A stretch of 63,380 nucleotides of DNA, counting the filler, from Choristocarpus tenellus KU-1152 (Eukaryota > Protista > Phaeophyceae), in assembly GCA_964200185.2 (NCBI GenBank). It is 5 parts of 5 records of this genome, joined end to end, with 100 filler letters (N's around TTAATTAATTAA, not from the genome) between each part and the next. Parts side by side here need not be neighbours in the genome. Positions count along the whole stretch, not along the records: positions 33,850 to 49,202 come from CAXNAD020001013.1; positions 49,303 to 56,963 come from CAXNAD020005796.1; 3 more parts are not named here. One strand, 5' to 3'. Shown here piece by piece: positions 40,095 to 51,956 of the stretch (position 1 is the stretch's first letter; every line of letters begins with the position of its first letter). A program made the position numbers and the translations under genes. The notes under the pieces are model-generated. The model searched no databases. It was not told the origin of the DNA and saw nothing but the letters and a program-made list of their open reading frames with translations.

Positions 40095-41342
40095 TCAAAT
40101 GAAAATCCTAACACCCTTCCTGGAGGCAAAGGAGATGAGCCTACCCAAGCTCGTGCATGGGTTAGATAAGATTTCGGGATCTTTTTCCAGTGCCCCATCT
40201 GCCAGATGCATCCCAATGACGTGCAGTTGTTGCAAGTGTGGCACAGCATTGCTGTTGACGAGGTCATACATGCCCCTGACAACTTCCTCTGGTAGCCCTG
40301 GATTGCCCGTTAAGGCAAACTCTGTGTGCTCCACCTTGACTACCTCAAGTTTAGGGCAAGCACCAGATATCAAGTTCCTCAGCAGTGACCCTGCCTCCGT
40401 CGTGCTTATGTCACCTAGGGCATGAAAATGTTGCAGGCGGGGCATCCCACCAGAAGACAAAGCTCCCACCAATTCCACATAGGGGCGTTTGCCCCAGAGG
40501 CCACGGTCCCCAATGACGAATCTGTTCAGCTTTTGAAGCCCGTGACCACTTCGGGTAATTTCCGCTGACAGGAAGTTTATGGTTTCATTGCCGTCGAGGG
40601 TGACAAGCATGCCTAAGCTTCTTAGATTGGGGCAGGCCCCACGACATAATGAAGTCGTGAGTTGCATTGCCCCCTGGTCCGAGATTGTGTTCCCAGATAA
40701 CTCCAAGGATTTTAACCCTGGGAAAGCTCCCTCCCTAAGAACATCAGACAGGGAAAGGATGCCATCAACGATGCGATTGAATGACAAGTCAAGGTGTTGA
40801 AGCGGCAACCTTGTTTTCTCAGGTATGGATCGCATCAGGTTCACAAGAGCCATGTCATCAATTTTGGCGTTGACAAGTATCAATGTGTAAAGGGTTTGCC
40901 ATGCCAAAATGGAGACATTCTCGGGGATATCTATACACACGTTGCGCCACCTAAGCTCAGTGAGCGGGCGTCCCAAGATAGTCAACGCGCACCCCCCCCC
41001 AAAACAGGCCTTGCTACAACCATGTTTGGAACCCATAACAGATACTTGGCGTAACCCCGAGCTCTTAGCCATCACTTTCATCATCTCCCGTACGACGTCG
41101 TGCATTCCCTCCAGATGAACCTTTGCGATAGACTGGTACAATTCCATGTTGTGGACTGATGGGAATCCCTCGCCAACAGTCACCGACAGAGACGTGACAA
41201 GGGGCAGCAGATCAAACCGAAAGGCCCTTGCTGTGGATCTGGCACGGATGATATCTCGTGAATCGAGGTAGGAAATAACCTCCAGAATGACGAAGTGGGG
41301 GAGGGTCAAAACATCTGCCTCTTGGCAAACTCTCCCAAACAT
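40095..41342 (-). CDS. F-box / leucine-rich-repeat (RNI-like) protein, single exon, ~415 aa
   Basis: N-terminal F-box-like LTLPHFVILEVISYLDSRDI. LRRs LQHLDLSFNRI, LKSLELSGNTISDQG and CPNLRSL. First in-frame ATG at 41342. Confidence 0.85.
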   Translation of the reverse strand: MFGRVCQEADVLTLPHFVILEVISYLDSRDIIRARSTARAFRFDLLPLVTSLSVTVGEGFPSVHNMELYQSIAKVHLEGMHDVVREMMKVMAKSSGLRQVSVMGSKHGCSKACFGGGCALTILGRPLTELRWRNVCIDIPENVSILAWQTLYTLILVNAKIDDMALVNLMRSIPEKTRLPLQHLDLSFNRIVDGILSLSDVLREGAFPGLKSLELSGNTISDQGAMQLTTSLCRGACPNLRSLGMLVTLDGNETINFLSAEITRSGHGLQKLNRFVIGDRGLWGKRPYVELVGALSSGGMPRLQHFHALGDISTTEAGSLLRNLISGACPKLEVVKVEHTEFALTGNPGLPEEVVRGMYDLVNSNAVPHLQQLHVIGMHLADGALEKDPEILSNPCTSLGRLISFASRKGVRIFI

Positions 41343-41678
41343 CGTGTGCCGAGACTTCTTCAAGACGGGGATAACCTTGCCCCCTTCGTCTCCGATATGA
41401 AAGCTCTATTGGTTGCAAACGCGGATATTTCCTTGTAGCTTCCCAGCAGAAGAAATGGTTAAGTCCTTTGAAAAGAATGTGAAGTGGCCCCAATTGCATT
41501 TAATGAAGTGTTGTCGTCACAGAAGGTGGAATTTGAATGATGGGCGGGGGGGGTGGGGGAATAAAACCACGTAACACCGCGTTACGTTTATCAACGTTTG
41601 ATATTTGATATGAACCCCATAAAGGAGTACTGAGTACTACTCTTAACAGATCATTAGTGGGAAGAGGGCAGTCATCCG

Positions 41679-43064
41679 ATGAGGATCATCACAGGAGATG
41701 AGACCGGCCTCATCAAGGTGGTGCAGGTTGAGACTGGAAAATGCCTTGCTGTAAGTGCTGGAGAACAGCTCAGGTCACGGGGAGCTCGTGTCTTATGTTG
41801 GGGCCACAAGGACCAACGACAGGATAAACCTGACTTCAGCCATGTTCACGTTGGGCGCAACGCTGGAGTGGTGGAAACATGGGACGTAATGTCATCGACA
41901 GAAAGTGATAAGGTTGAAGATAGCTGTAATCTGACCCTCGTAGAATCTCTGGGGTGCCAAGCTGATCTCGTCTCGCTTGCTTGCCTGTCCACCCAAGGAG
42001 GCAACAGAGAATGCTACCGCCTCGCAAGTTGTGGTACACAAGGGGAGGTACAAGTGCGTGAGGTGGGGAATGATACGATGGATGTTGAACCCACTACATT
42101 CTCCGTCCGTGGGCCGATCAGTGCTGCCTTCATACACGGAGATGGCAAGGAGGGAGTGCTGGTGGCTGGAGGGAAAGAGAACGATCTAGCAACATGGGAC
42201 CTGCAGACCAAGCAGTGTTCATGGAAAGCTAAGAACGTCCCTCATGACTTCCTGGACCTTCGGCAACCAGTATGGGTGACTGCTGTCCAGCCTGTGTCCC
42301 CGACCGAAGGCGTAACACGGCTAGTGGCTGGAACCGCTCACCGTCAAGTTCGTTTATATGACACGCGGGCTGGCAGGCGCCCCACGCATAGTGTTGACGC
42401 AGACGAACACAGCATAAGGAGTTTGGTCGTGAATCGGTCTGGCAACGAAGTGATTGCTGCTGACACGGCTGGGCTTGTAAGGTTGCTGGACCTGAGGCAA
42501 CTCAGGTGGGGTCGTCGCTTCGCAGGCCCTGCTGGGTCCGTGAGGAGTATGGCTCTTCACCCAACCTTGCCTGTGATGGCGTGTGTTGGCCTCGACCGCA
42601 CAGCAAGAGTATACGATGTCCAGAATGGGACTGAGCTCTGCAATGTGTACCTCAAGCAGCGGCTCAATGCTGTACTTTTCGATGCAGAGGAGGGGCTAAA
42701 AACTACTAGTGGCAAACAGGGAGGAGCTAAGCGGTATAGTAATGAAGAGTCAGACAGTGAGGATGAAGGTTGGGGGTCTGGCGAGGAGTATGAAATGGAC
42801 GAAGGGGTTAGTTCCGAGGAAGAAGGAGAGGAACACAAAGAGAGGACCAGGGAATGCGTTTTTAAGGGTCGTGGGCAAGGTAGTGATGAGTCAAGTAGTG
42901 ATGAGATTGGTAGTGATGAGGACATGGGGGGGAGTGATGATGAGGATGAGGGATGCCACATTTCACAAAAAGAGAGCGAAAGTGAGGAACAGGGGACAGC
43001 TCCACCAAAACGCCGAAAATCGGCGCAATCTTTGCCATCCAAATCAAAGAGAAAGCTGGTGTAA
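41679..43064 (+). CDS. WDR74: WD-repeat ribosome biogenesis protein WDR74/NSA1, single exon, 461 aa
   Basis: MRIITGDETGLIK, GGKENDL..WD, WKAKNVPHDFLDLRQPVW, VRLYDTR, GSVRS, GLDR and VYLKQRL; acidic tail with basic NLS. Confidence 0.95.
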   Translation: MRIITGDETGLIKVVQVETGKCLAVSAGEQLRSRGARVLCWGHKDQRQDKPDFSHVHVGRNAGVVETWDVMSSTESDKVEDSCNLTLVESLGCQADLVSLACLSTQGGNRECYRLASCGTQGEVQVREVGNDTMDVEPTTFSVRGPISAAFIHGDGKEGVLVAGGKENDLATWDLQTKQCSWKAKNVPHDFLDLRQPVWVTAVQPVSPTEGVTRLVAGTAHRQVRLYDTRAGRRPTHSVDADEHSIRSLVVNRSGNEVIAADTAGLVRLLDLRQLRWGRRFAGPAGSVRSMALHPTLPVMACVGLDRTARVYDVQNGTELCNVYLKQRLNAVLFDAEEGLKTTSGKQGGAKRYSNEESDSEDEGWGSGEEYEMDEGVSSEEEGEEHKERTRECVFKGRGQGSDESSSDEIGSDEDMGGSDDEDEGCHISQKESESEEQGTAPPKRRKSAQSLPSKSKRKLV

Positions 43065-43453
43065 GTTGATAAACAGTAACCCAGAGTTAAATAATCCTGT
43101 GGCAGTGTAGGGCAGGATGGATTCTTCCTCCTCCGCCTTAGATGACATTTCCTCATTTGCAGTGTCTAGAGGCCATTCTCTGCTAATCCCGCTCCCAGAC
43201 ATATTTCCCCCATGTTGTACACACCCCATGAGCCCTTGCAGAGAGGTAAGGTGATTGAACTCTCCCAACCTCTCTCCACCAAGAATACCATGTTAGCCTT
43301 TAACAGTGCTGCAGTTGTAGTTTGTGTTAAAAATCCTCCTACTTTGATGGAAGCAGTCCACATTCACCAAACTACTGTCAGCATTGTCTTCAACTAGTAC
43401 TTCCATTATAATAGCTTCAACGACTCAACACTCCATGTAGTCCAGTGTTGAGG

Positions 43454-46400
43454 CTATCGCCGCCTACCTCGTGCATCATCCCCAGAATTCTGTCCAACCC
43501 CATATTTTTCCTTGTATTGCCCCCTGTTACTTCCATCTCTGCCCCTGCTTCCAAAGCCCTCCCTGATCTTATCACCCATACCTCTGCTCTTGTCCCTACC
43601 TCCTCCCTGCCCCTGTCCACTGCTTCCTTGACCTCTGCCCCTCTCCCGACCTTGGTCCTCACCCCCTCTCCCGTATCCACTCCGACCAGCTCCCCCTTGC
43701 TTCAATGGGTCGATCACAGCATAATCGTCAGTCTTGCGCCCATCAGACCCCATCCGCAGGTTGTCATCTATGTGCTTCTTGAACTTCAGTGACCCTGAAA
43801 ACCAGTTCTCCCCATCGCTTTCATCCCCTTCATAGAGCATGCCCTCAGTCACCTGACCATGATAAGCCTCCTAATAGTGACCAGAGATCCACCACCAGTA
43901 CATCCACAGCAAGTATGGACAGTGATAGGTTGTGTTAGCTGAGGATCAGCGGTGTTCTATTGAATGGAGAGTGAAGGTTCAACATATCAGTAGATACATT
44001 ATTTCAAACCACACATGTGGCAATTCTACGTCTGGAAATGTGACAAGTTTCAGGATCTGAGAAAATTGAACCTAATCAAATGAGAGCTACTCTACCATCA
44101 TGGTATGACAAACACACACTGACAAAATTCCAGATGATACAACAAAATAAGAACATCTTCCAAACCCATGTAAAATATACACACGATTGCCTCTAGCTGA
44201 TCCTGGAGTTACATTAAAAAAAAAAAAAGCATGGACAGACCAGGCATGCTGAAAAATAAAACAAAATAAAAAATACCACAAAATGAACCTTTTCTGTTCT
44301 CTTGCTGCTCTTCCCCTTTTCCTCTGTTGCCTTGCGCTTGCGTGAGTCACGGATGGATGATGTGAAGCTGGCCAACTTGGCCATGGTGGAGTCCTCACGC
44401 TCACCAGCCTCTCTCCTCCTCTTCTTATACTTGGCACGCATTTGCTCCACTGGGGACAACATTTCCCTGTGGGCCTTCTCCTGGAAGGTTCGGAAAACAT
44501 CAAGGGGTACAGATGCCATGAGGTCAGGATTGGGATGATGGGCACATGCTTAAATCCATTGGGCAAGGGTTAAACATAGTTCAAAGTAAATGATCCCTTC
44601 TGGCAGAAAATGAAGGAGGATGCAAGGGGATCATGAGAAGATGCCCCAAGGTAGACAAACAATGGACAGCTACAATAAGCAGAGCTATAACATGTAAAGC
44701 ACAGTATGGATGTCGCTGTTGCTGCAAGGCAAGTCATCTTGATTGATGTCAATGCCATTGTAAGATCAGTACCCCAGGAGCATCTGGCATGGTAATACTT
44801 ACATGTGTAGGTAGATCTCAAATGATGGCACCATAATATATGAAAAAAAACAGTGTCTAATCAAATAAAATAAGTACTTGATTAAAATTGCCTCACCAGC
44901 CTAATATCTCTCCATTATCATTGCTGCCGAAGTAGAATAAACAAAATTGGTGTATCAGTGTACAGTTAGTGTTTCGTAAGAGAATTGAACGGAAGGGGCA
45001 GGTACGTACACGTTGACATTACAGTTACGCTTGCAACTTTTCCACTAAAGTTAACAGTGATAACAGCGTGCCCTTCCACACTTGTGCACAGCAATGAAGG
45101 GAGCCCCAACCCTGTAACCTCCTCCTGTGGCAAAGGGGTGGGTGATACTATACATGCATACATGCACCTCTCTCTCCAAAACTGCAAAAATAGTGTGTTC
45201 GCATATCCGATGTTTTGTAACATTCAAGTTATCTAGAGTTTTAGCACCACCATGGCAAAATGAAGATTAAAAACTCACACACTACTACTTCAAAAAAAAA
45301 TGCGTTGTTCACAAAATTTTCCAAAAACTTGAAACAGGTTTGATGCAAAATAAGAGTAGCAGTTGGAATGTTTGTATTTCCGAATCTTTTTGGAAAGTGT
45401 ACCACTGGACGGTACGATCACACAAGGTACACCTCCCGCACAGTACAGTTACATACAGTCACACTATTAGAACAACTCAGCACTGTACAGCTACAGGACC
45501 AGAACATATCTGGACGGTACATATGGTTGGGTGATAAGCACCCCAAAGATAGAAACCCATGATACGATTGGGGAATTGTGACAGTTATGCCCAGAGTATC
45601 AATGTCCCAACAGCTACCGTTACGTGTGGTATAGATTTCCAACACCATGGTTGTGGTATGGATCAACTGTTGACATTTTTCCAAACTGTAACTGTCACAA
45701 TAAAAATAATGAGGTACTTCCAACCACATAGATCCCTGAAAAAAAAGTGGTTATGGTGGGATGAGTGGATGATAAAAGCTGCTACGCTTAACTATGTCTC
45801 CCACAAACACCTTGGAAAAGACAAGTTTAGGGTTAGGGTTGTGAATCAGTCTTTCGATCATTTATTCAACAAGAGTAACCTTGACAAATCATGAGAGAGA
45901 TGACTTAGGTGTCTCACCTAGCTTCACAGTAACATCAATCAGTTTGAGGACACAGGCACAAGCTTGGTATTACACAATGGCAAATTGCAGCACTGATGGT
46001 GGAACAGGTGCAAAATAGACCTTGGCCAACAATCATCCTCTCCAAAACAGGCTTGTGCCAAAGCAACCGAATTATCCCATGCTAGATGTTTTCAATGGGG
46101 TTTCCACAAATACAGCTATGACGCTCAGCACTTCTCAGAAACAAAATACTTTGGTTCACACCTCATCGTACTTGATCCTCTCCTCCCCTGTCATCACTCT
46201 GGCTGCCCTGTGTTTCGCTTTCAGCTCCTCTCGCAGAGCTTCATACTCACTGGCCTTCTCCTTGATGGCTTTCCTCTTGGCCTTCTCCCTTTCCGTGGCG
46301 TCTTCATGAACCCCAAACCCGGGTCCCTCACCCCCCTCACCCTCCCCCTCAAAGTCCACACCATCCTCATCCACTGCAATGGTAGCTGCTGCTGCTAAAT

Positions 46401-48267
46401 TATTGCCCTTTGCCAGTGCTCGCTTCTGTCGTTCCTTCATCTGCTGCCGCATTTTCTCCATGAAAGCTTCACCATCATCAAACCCCTTGGGATGCTTCTC
46501 CTCTTTTCGAGGTGAATTTGTTGAGGGGGAAGCTTCCCCGTCGTTCTTTAGTTGTGGGTGGATTCTTTCAAAACATGGTGCCAAAAAAGGGAAGGAAAGA
46601 GGGAATGGAGCTGGCATGGTGTCACATGAGTTGAGGTCAGTCTATTGTGTACCAAGGCTAATGGCACCCTTTTAAAAACTACTGTCTGCAATCATTTTAA
46701 GACACCCTCTTGCAAGGTCAAGCCTACTAATGAAGCCAAGGCCCCTGTGATGAGGATGGGGGGTTGACAAGTGCACTGCCACACCATCCATTTAGACAAA
46801 GCACGTTAACAGAGGGAGCCATTAGACTGACTAAATACTTATGAAGCACACAACAACACAGAGTGCGCCAATCTACTTCAAAATATAAACAATGCGTAAA
46901 AAATGCGAACCAGCACACCACCAAAGCAATAAATATAGGACTGAAGTCTCACTTATTCCCATTCACAGCCACATTTGCAGCCGACGTTACAGCCTGACGG
47001 AGCCCTTCTCCTGCCTGCATTTTCTCCTCTCCACCTGTGAGGTCATAGGCCACATCTTTACTAAGCTTGATATCTTCGAGTGCATCATGAGCGCTGGTTA
47101 CCCCCCCTCCCCCAGACCCTGAGAGCTCCTCCTCCTCCTCCTCGGCCTCCTCACCAAAGGAGAGAAGCTTGAAATCTTTTTTTCCTTTTCTCTTTTTCTT
47201 AGACTTCGCCACTCCAGCACTCTCTCCGGGTATACCCTTCCCCACCAACCCCAGGTTTCGGGGGATGATGTCATCAAAGGGGTTGAGCAGAACTTCCACA
47301 GAGGTGAGACGAGGGGGTTCCAGCGGACGATCGTCCTTGTCAGTCTCAACATCCCCCATGCGAAGGGCATTGAAAACGGTGTTGCCCGTGATCTGGAGGT
47401 GGGTTACGTCGCCTGGAAAAGGTCAGTGATGCACTCATGTCAGCACCATCGAGATACCCCGTCGAAGTTTCTAAGAACGCTAAGTATTTCAAGCCGATCT
47501 CAATCATTAAACTCAGGTAGGTCCCATAGGTAAAGGAGGTCCCCGTAGTAGTGCAATAAAACATAGGAAGAAAATAACCGTAAATCTCCCACCTTGCCAA
47601 ATATTGTGTGCTTGTTGTGGAGGTGGTCTGCTTTGTCGAGTGTGAAGAAGAACTGGCTATGGTTCGTGCCCGACGAATTCTCGTTGGCCATTGCAACCTG
47701 ACCCCGGTGATTAAACTTTATTCGAGTGTGGAATTCGTCCCTGAAGGCCTTCCCGTAAATGCTTTCCCCGCCACTGCCTGTTCCTGTCGGATCTCCACCC
47801 TGTACCATGAACTTGGGTATAATCCGATGGAAGACCGTATTGTCGTAGTACTGAAAGAGGAACGAAGTTTATAGTCATCAGGATATTTCATATCTTATTA
47901 TATCTCGAGGGTACGCTTGAGAAAGTTATGGGCCGTGCATCGAAACATCGAAGATACAAGATAGGTAAGCCAAAACGTACCCACCACATTACACGACCCT
48001 CAAAAAAGTGCCTCACGAAATATCGAAACTGTGATAGCTATAGACCCCTACAATTCTAACGTGGAACAAATCGGTAACTACATTACAGTAAATGTTAGGG
48101 GTGGATCTGGTGAACAACAAGCTTACCCCCTCCATCGCGAGCTGCACAAAATTCCTGCATGCCTTTGGGCATTCCTTGGACCAGAGCTCTATATCGATGT
48201 CGCCGTAGGAAGTATGCAAGAGAACCTTTCCATGGGTGGCTGGCTCTGTATGGTATATATTAGACAT
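43454..48267 (-). CDS. CWC27: Spliceosome-associated cyclophilin CWC27. Exons 48267-48127, 47850-47593, 47392-46953, 46564-46162, 44480-44289, 43870-43454
   Basis: MSNIYHTEPATHGKVLLHTSYGDIDIELWSKECPKACRNFVQLAMEGYYDNTVFHRI...DEFHTRIKF...NPFDDIIPR...LLSFGEE...WFSGSLKF...VIDP. Exon phases are consistent. Confidence 0.93.
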
Positions 48268-48526
48268 ATCACTTCTACAACCTCCCAGGTCAACTCACTC
48301 TCCTTGGGCCTTTGGCAGTCCTACCTTACTCTATGATGTATCATTTGACCTTTTTCAGGGTGTTTCTCCGAATTATCACTCTCTAATCAATAATTTTGAT
48401 TAACAAATGCAACATTATTACTGGACTACAATACAAACTGTACATATATAGATCTATTTTATTGTTATAGTACCATGTATCTCGCACCCCCTCCGCCCCA
48501 AATCACCATCCCCCTCCTCAGACCAA

Positions 48527-48923
48527 ATGATGATTCCTCGGCAAAGCTACGAATATGGTGCCATCCCAGCGCATCAGGTGAAGGCTGGCTGTAACGAGGG
48601 AAAAGTTAGGAGAGTAGTGTCATTTGTGATAATAACATGCAGAATTAGATGTCATGTGTTGGAGAACGGCAAGATATCCTCTATGTGTGCTGCTACACCT
48701 GCACCCGACATAGTCCCGTCCTCCCCCACCTCGCCCACCGTAACTGCACTTTCTGTTATATTAATCTAGAAGGTTGGAAGTCTTTTAAGAGTCACATGGA
48801 CATAACTTCTGTCTTACATGCAGTTAATTGTCTGTTCCTACTTGCCACACAGGATCAGCATCAACCCACAAATGAAAGGAATGATGTGCTAGGCCGTCAC
48901 AATGTTCGCCGACTAACTTCTAG
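48527..48923 (+). CDS. Possible first two exons (48527-48577, 48853-48923) of an unidentified gene cut by the contig end
   Basis: ATG 260 bp from the CWC27 start. CAG|GTGAAG, cacacag| and AG|GTACGT junctions keep the frame open (MMIPRQSYEYGAIPAHQ-DQHQPTNERND...). Confidence 0.35.
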
Positions 48924-49202
48924 GTACGTGGAAGGTCCTTTGATTTCATGTGGAAAGGAAAGCATACCCCTACGTCCCGAATTCCATCTATGGATGGGAC
49001 TGTGACTGGAGTGGAGGGTTGACGGCTCAATTCCTTGCAGAATGTGTCTGACTGTTCATAGAACAACGAAAAGACAAGCAGGTAGCCGTAACGCCAGCTT
49101 CGAATATGTCACGTTCGTTCACTCCTCACTGCCGCACACCCCCCACCCACCCCCCAGCCTTCTTGTGAAGATTTTTCTTACCACCATTGCCGTAGTGGCA
49201 GC

Positions 49203-49302
49203 NNNNNNNNNNNNNNNNNNNNNNNNNNNNNNNNNNNNNNNNNNNNTTAATTAATTAANNNNNNNNNNNNNNNNNNNNNNNNNNNNNNNNNNNNNNNNNN
49301 NN
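49203..49302. other. Artificial contig linker
   Basis: Same 100-bp structure. Confidence 0.97.
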
Positions 49303-50150
49303 TGAGAGATCAATGACCTCAGCTACAACAGAATAAATACATCGGTGCTTCGCAACACAATCACGCCTACACATAACATAGACTACGCATATCACTCATC
49401 GGTGTGTGCTTTGCAACACCATGGTTCCTCATCGCTAGTAGCCTACATGTATAATGCATTCAATTCAGGTTTCAACAGTATATGCAATATGTCGAAACAT
49501 GAGCTACTCATTTGTTTTTCTTGATACGATACAGTACCACCAGTCAATACTGACTGTTGATTGGTCAATTATGCACTGGTCGTTACTGCCACTAGTCATT
49601 ACTACATTAATTACCTTCAGAACACCACAGTACAGAACAGTCTCTCCACATCCCATACACAGAAAAAATATGCGTCACTTGAGTTGCATCACATATTGAT
49701 TCAAGCTTGCTCTGTCGTTCTGTCGTTTGCTCTATTTGTTTTCCTTTCTCTTTCTTCTCACCAGCAGAAGGAGGCCACAGTTGTACGTTAATTGCTGGTT
49801 ATTATTTCTTTCTTGGTTGCCATTGTCCCATCATAATGTGCCAAGCCCACTCTGCAATTAGTGTACCTAATGCACGCCTGGATGTTATATATTCAAAGTT
49901 AAACCATCCACGGAAACCATTGTTCGCCAAGGTAACAAGCCTCTCCAAAGAGCACAGACTTCTTTCTTTGAGTATCTCAAGAAAGAACACTGAGCTCACA
50001 TCACATGATTATTGACGAGAAATCAATGACCTTAGTTACAACAGAATAAATACATCGGTGCTTTGCAGCAATAAGATCTCTCGTTACAATGCAGACTACG
50101 CATTTTACTCTGAAGTATGATGCATTCGATTCAGGTTTTAACACAATATA
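49303..50150. repeat. ~713-bp AT-rich repeat unit plus the start of a tandem second unit
   Basis: caatgacct.ag.tacaacagaataaatacatcggtgctt recurs at 49311 and 50024. Confidence 0.8.
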
Positions 50151-51300
50151 CGTTGTGGCACCAGTAGTAGACAGTGTGCAAAATAGGACAATAGTGAGGT
50201 GTACCTTATTTTGTGTATATGAGATTATTGTGTTGAATTGAGTCCATGNNNNNNNNNNATAGTACATCCGGATTATTTATGGGATTATGTATTGGAATTT
50301 ATTCCGCATTCAACTACTTTGACATAACCGTTGACTTAGATAGGAAGCACAAATAAATATTAAACAAGCAATGAGAAGAGATCACACAGATGTCACTCTT
50401 TCAATTTCAACCATGTAATCACGTTCAGCAAAGGGGGTCGTGTGAGGCTTCACACCTTCTTATCTTCACTACTAATAGCATTACCTCCCCAAGGTAATTT
50501 GCACAGACAGTATGCAGTACCCCTTGCACGAGGTCTGTAGTAGTGTTACCGCTAAGTGTGCAATGAAACTATGTTTTGCTTCCGCAATGGGTGCCAATTT
50601 CACTAGTCCATGGCAATATTGTGAGGGATATCCCGCAATGCACTAGTGCGACTGAATATGTACTACTACTAGTGTCAGTACTGTCCGTGTGTGTAAAATC
50701 CTTGTTTGCTGGGAATCTACGTACCAGGCTTGCGATATTGCTATTGTGGTTATATATTGTTTCGATTGCGAACAATTATGCACTACACACTTCACGTTCC
50801 TAGATATTTTCATTAATGTGGATTTCCCTTGTGAGGCCAACCTGTTTTCTTTCGAACGTTTTCGAGGTCCGTGAGGAAACGTCCTTGTTCGTATCAAGAC
50901 GACATATTCCGGAAGCACTATTTTTAACATTTCATTTTGTTCAAACATTGCCGCAGAGAATTGTGGGCAAAGTGAAGGAGGTCATCGGAAGTATTGGGCA
51001 CCTACTGGGTACCTTTACTGTATGATATCTACATACACATATCAGGTTGTCTTGTTCGTAGATAGTGCTGCTGATACACGTAGACACCACCGGTGGATTA
51101 GATAATAGGATGGAGAGCCAGTGACAGATATATTATATGTACTAGAAATACTAGAAAGTTCCCGGCCACTCTGAATTATATCTAATTCATGAAGGCAGTC
51201 TGGATATATTTCGTATGCTTGACGTGGGGCTACCACATTTGAAATAGTGTTTTCCGGAATATTCCTACAAATAGGAGAAAGTACTTTTGGCATACGATCA

Positions 51301-51760
51301 ATCTCTCATCTGCTTTAGCAACAATACTAACAGGGGATCCCCATGGACTTGAATGAGGTTTAATCAATCCTTAATCTTTGGTTTTGTAAATTTTCAAAAC
51401 ACTCATCAATAATACCTCTAACTTGTGGATTGGTACGATGCGCTGCTCGACCAATATGTCTGGTACCTGCTTCGAGAGGAAAATCGGCTTCAGCAATGGT
51501 GCAAGTTCCCAATTCAGAGGTTTCAAGGGAAAATACTAAATGGAACTTGGCACAAAGATTCAGTGCTTGTATCTGAGATGAAGAGAAAGTAGTGTTGGTA
51601 AAAGCTGGTTTCAACGCATTTTCAAGACACGTTCGTTCAGATCCGGATAGAGATATTGCAGAGATGGTGTGGGAATGTTTGGTATTGACTATGTTTGCAG
51701 GGTAGATGTGACAAAGTAGAGTATTCTTGGGTAAATGAACTGGTTGGGAGGACATACTAG
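51301..51760 (-). mobile_element. Ty3/gypsy LTR-retrotransposon pol remnant (protease-RT linker and start of RT)
   Basis: ELGTCTIAEADFPLEAGT...HRTNPQVRGIIDECFENL, then after a frameshift PHSSPWGSPVSIVAKAD (SPWxSPxxxVxKxDG motif). The RT core is missing. Confidence 0.85.
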
Positions 51761-51956
51761 CAAATTGTACTACCCCTGATCCATCATCAGAATCCCACGT
51801 TGTAACTCTTCGAGCCTAACACGATCCTAACAATATCTCTGCCGCACTGAAAGTAATGCTGATATTGGACTGTTAACAGATAATTCTCTGCAGTCTCTTT
51901 CGAGGAACCCGATGAACCATTCACATCAGTTCCTCTTCCCCTTCATACTCTGAAAG

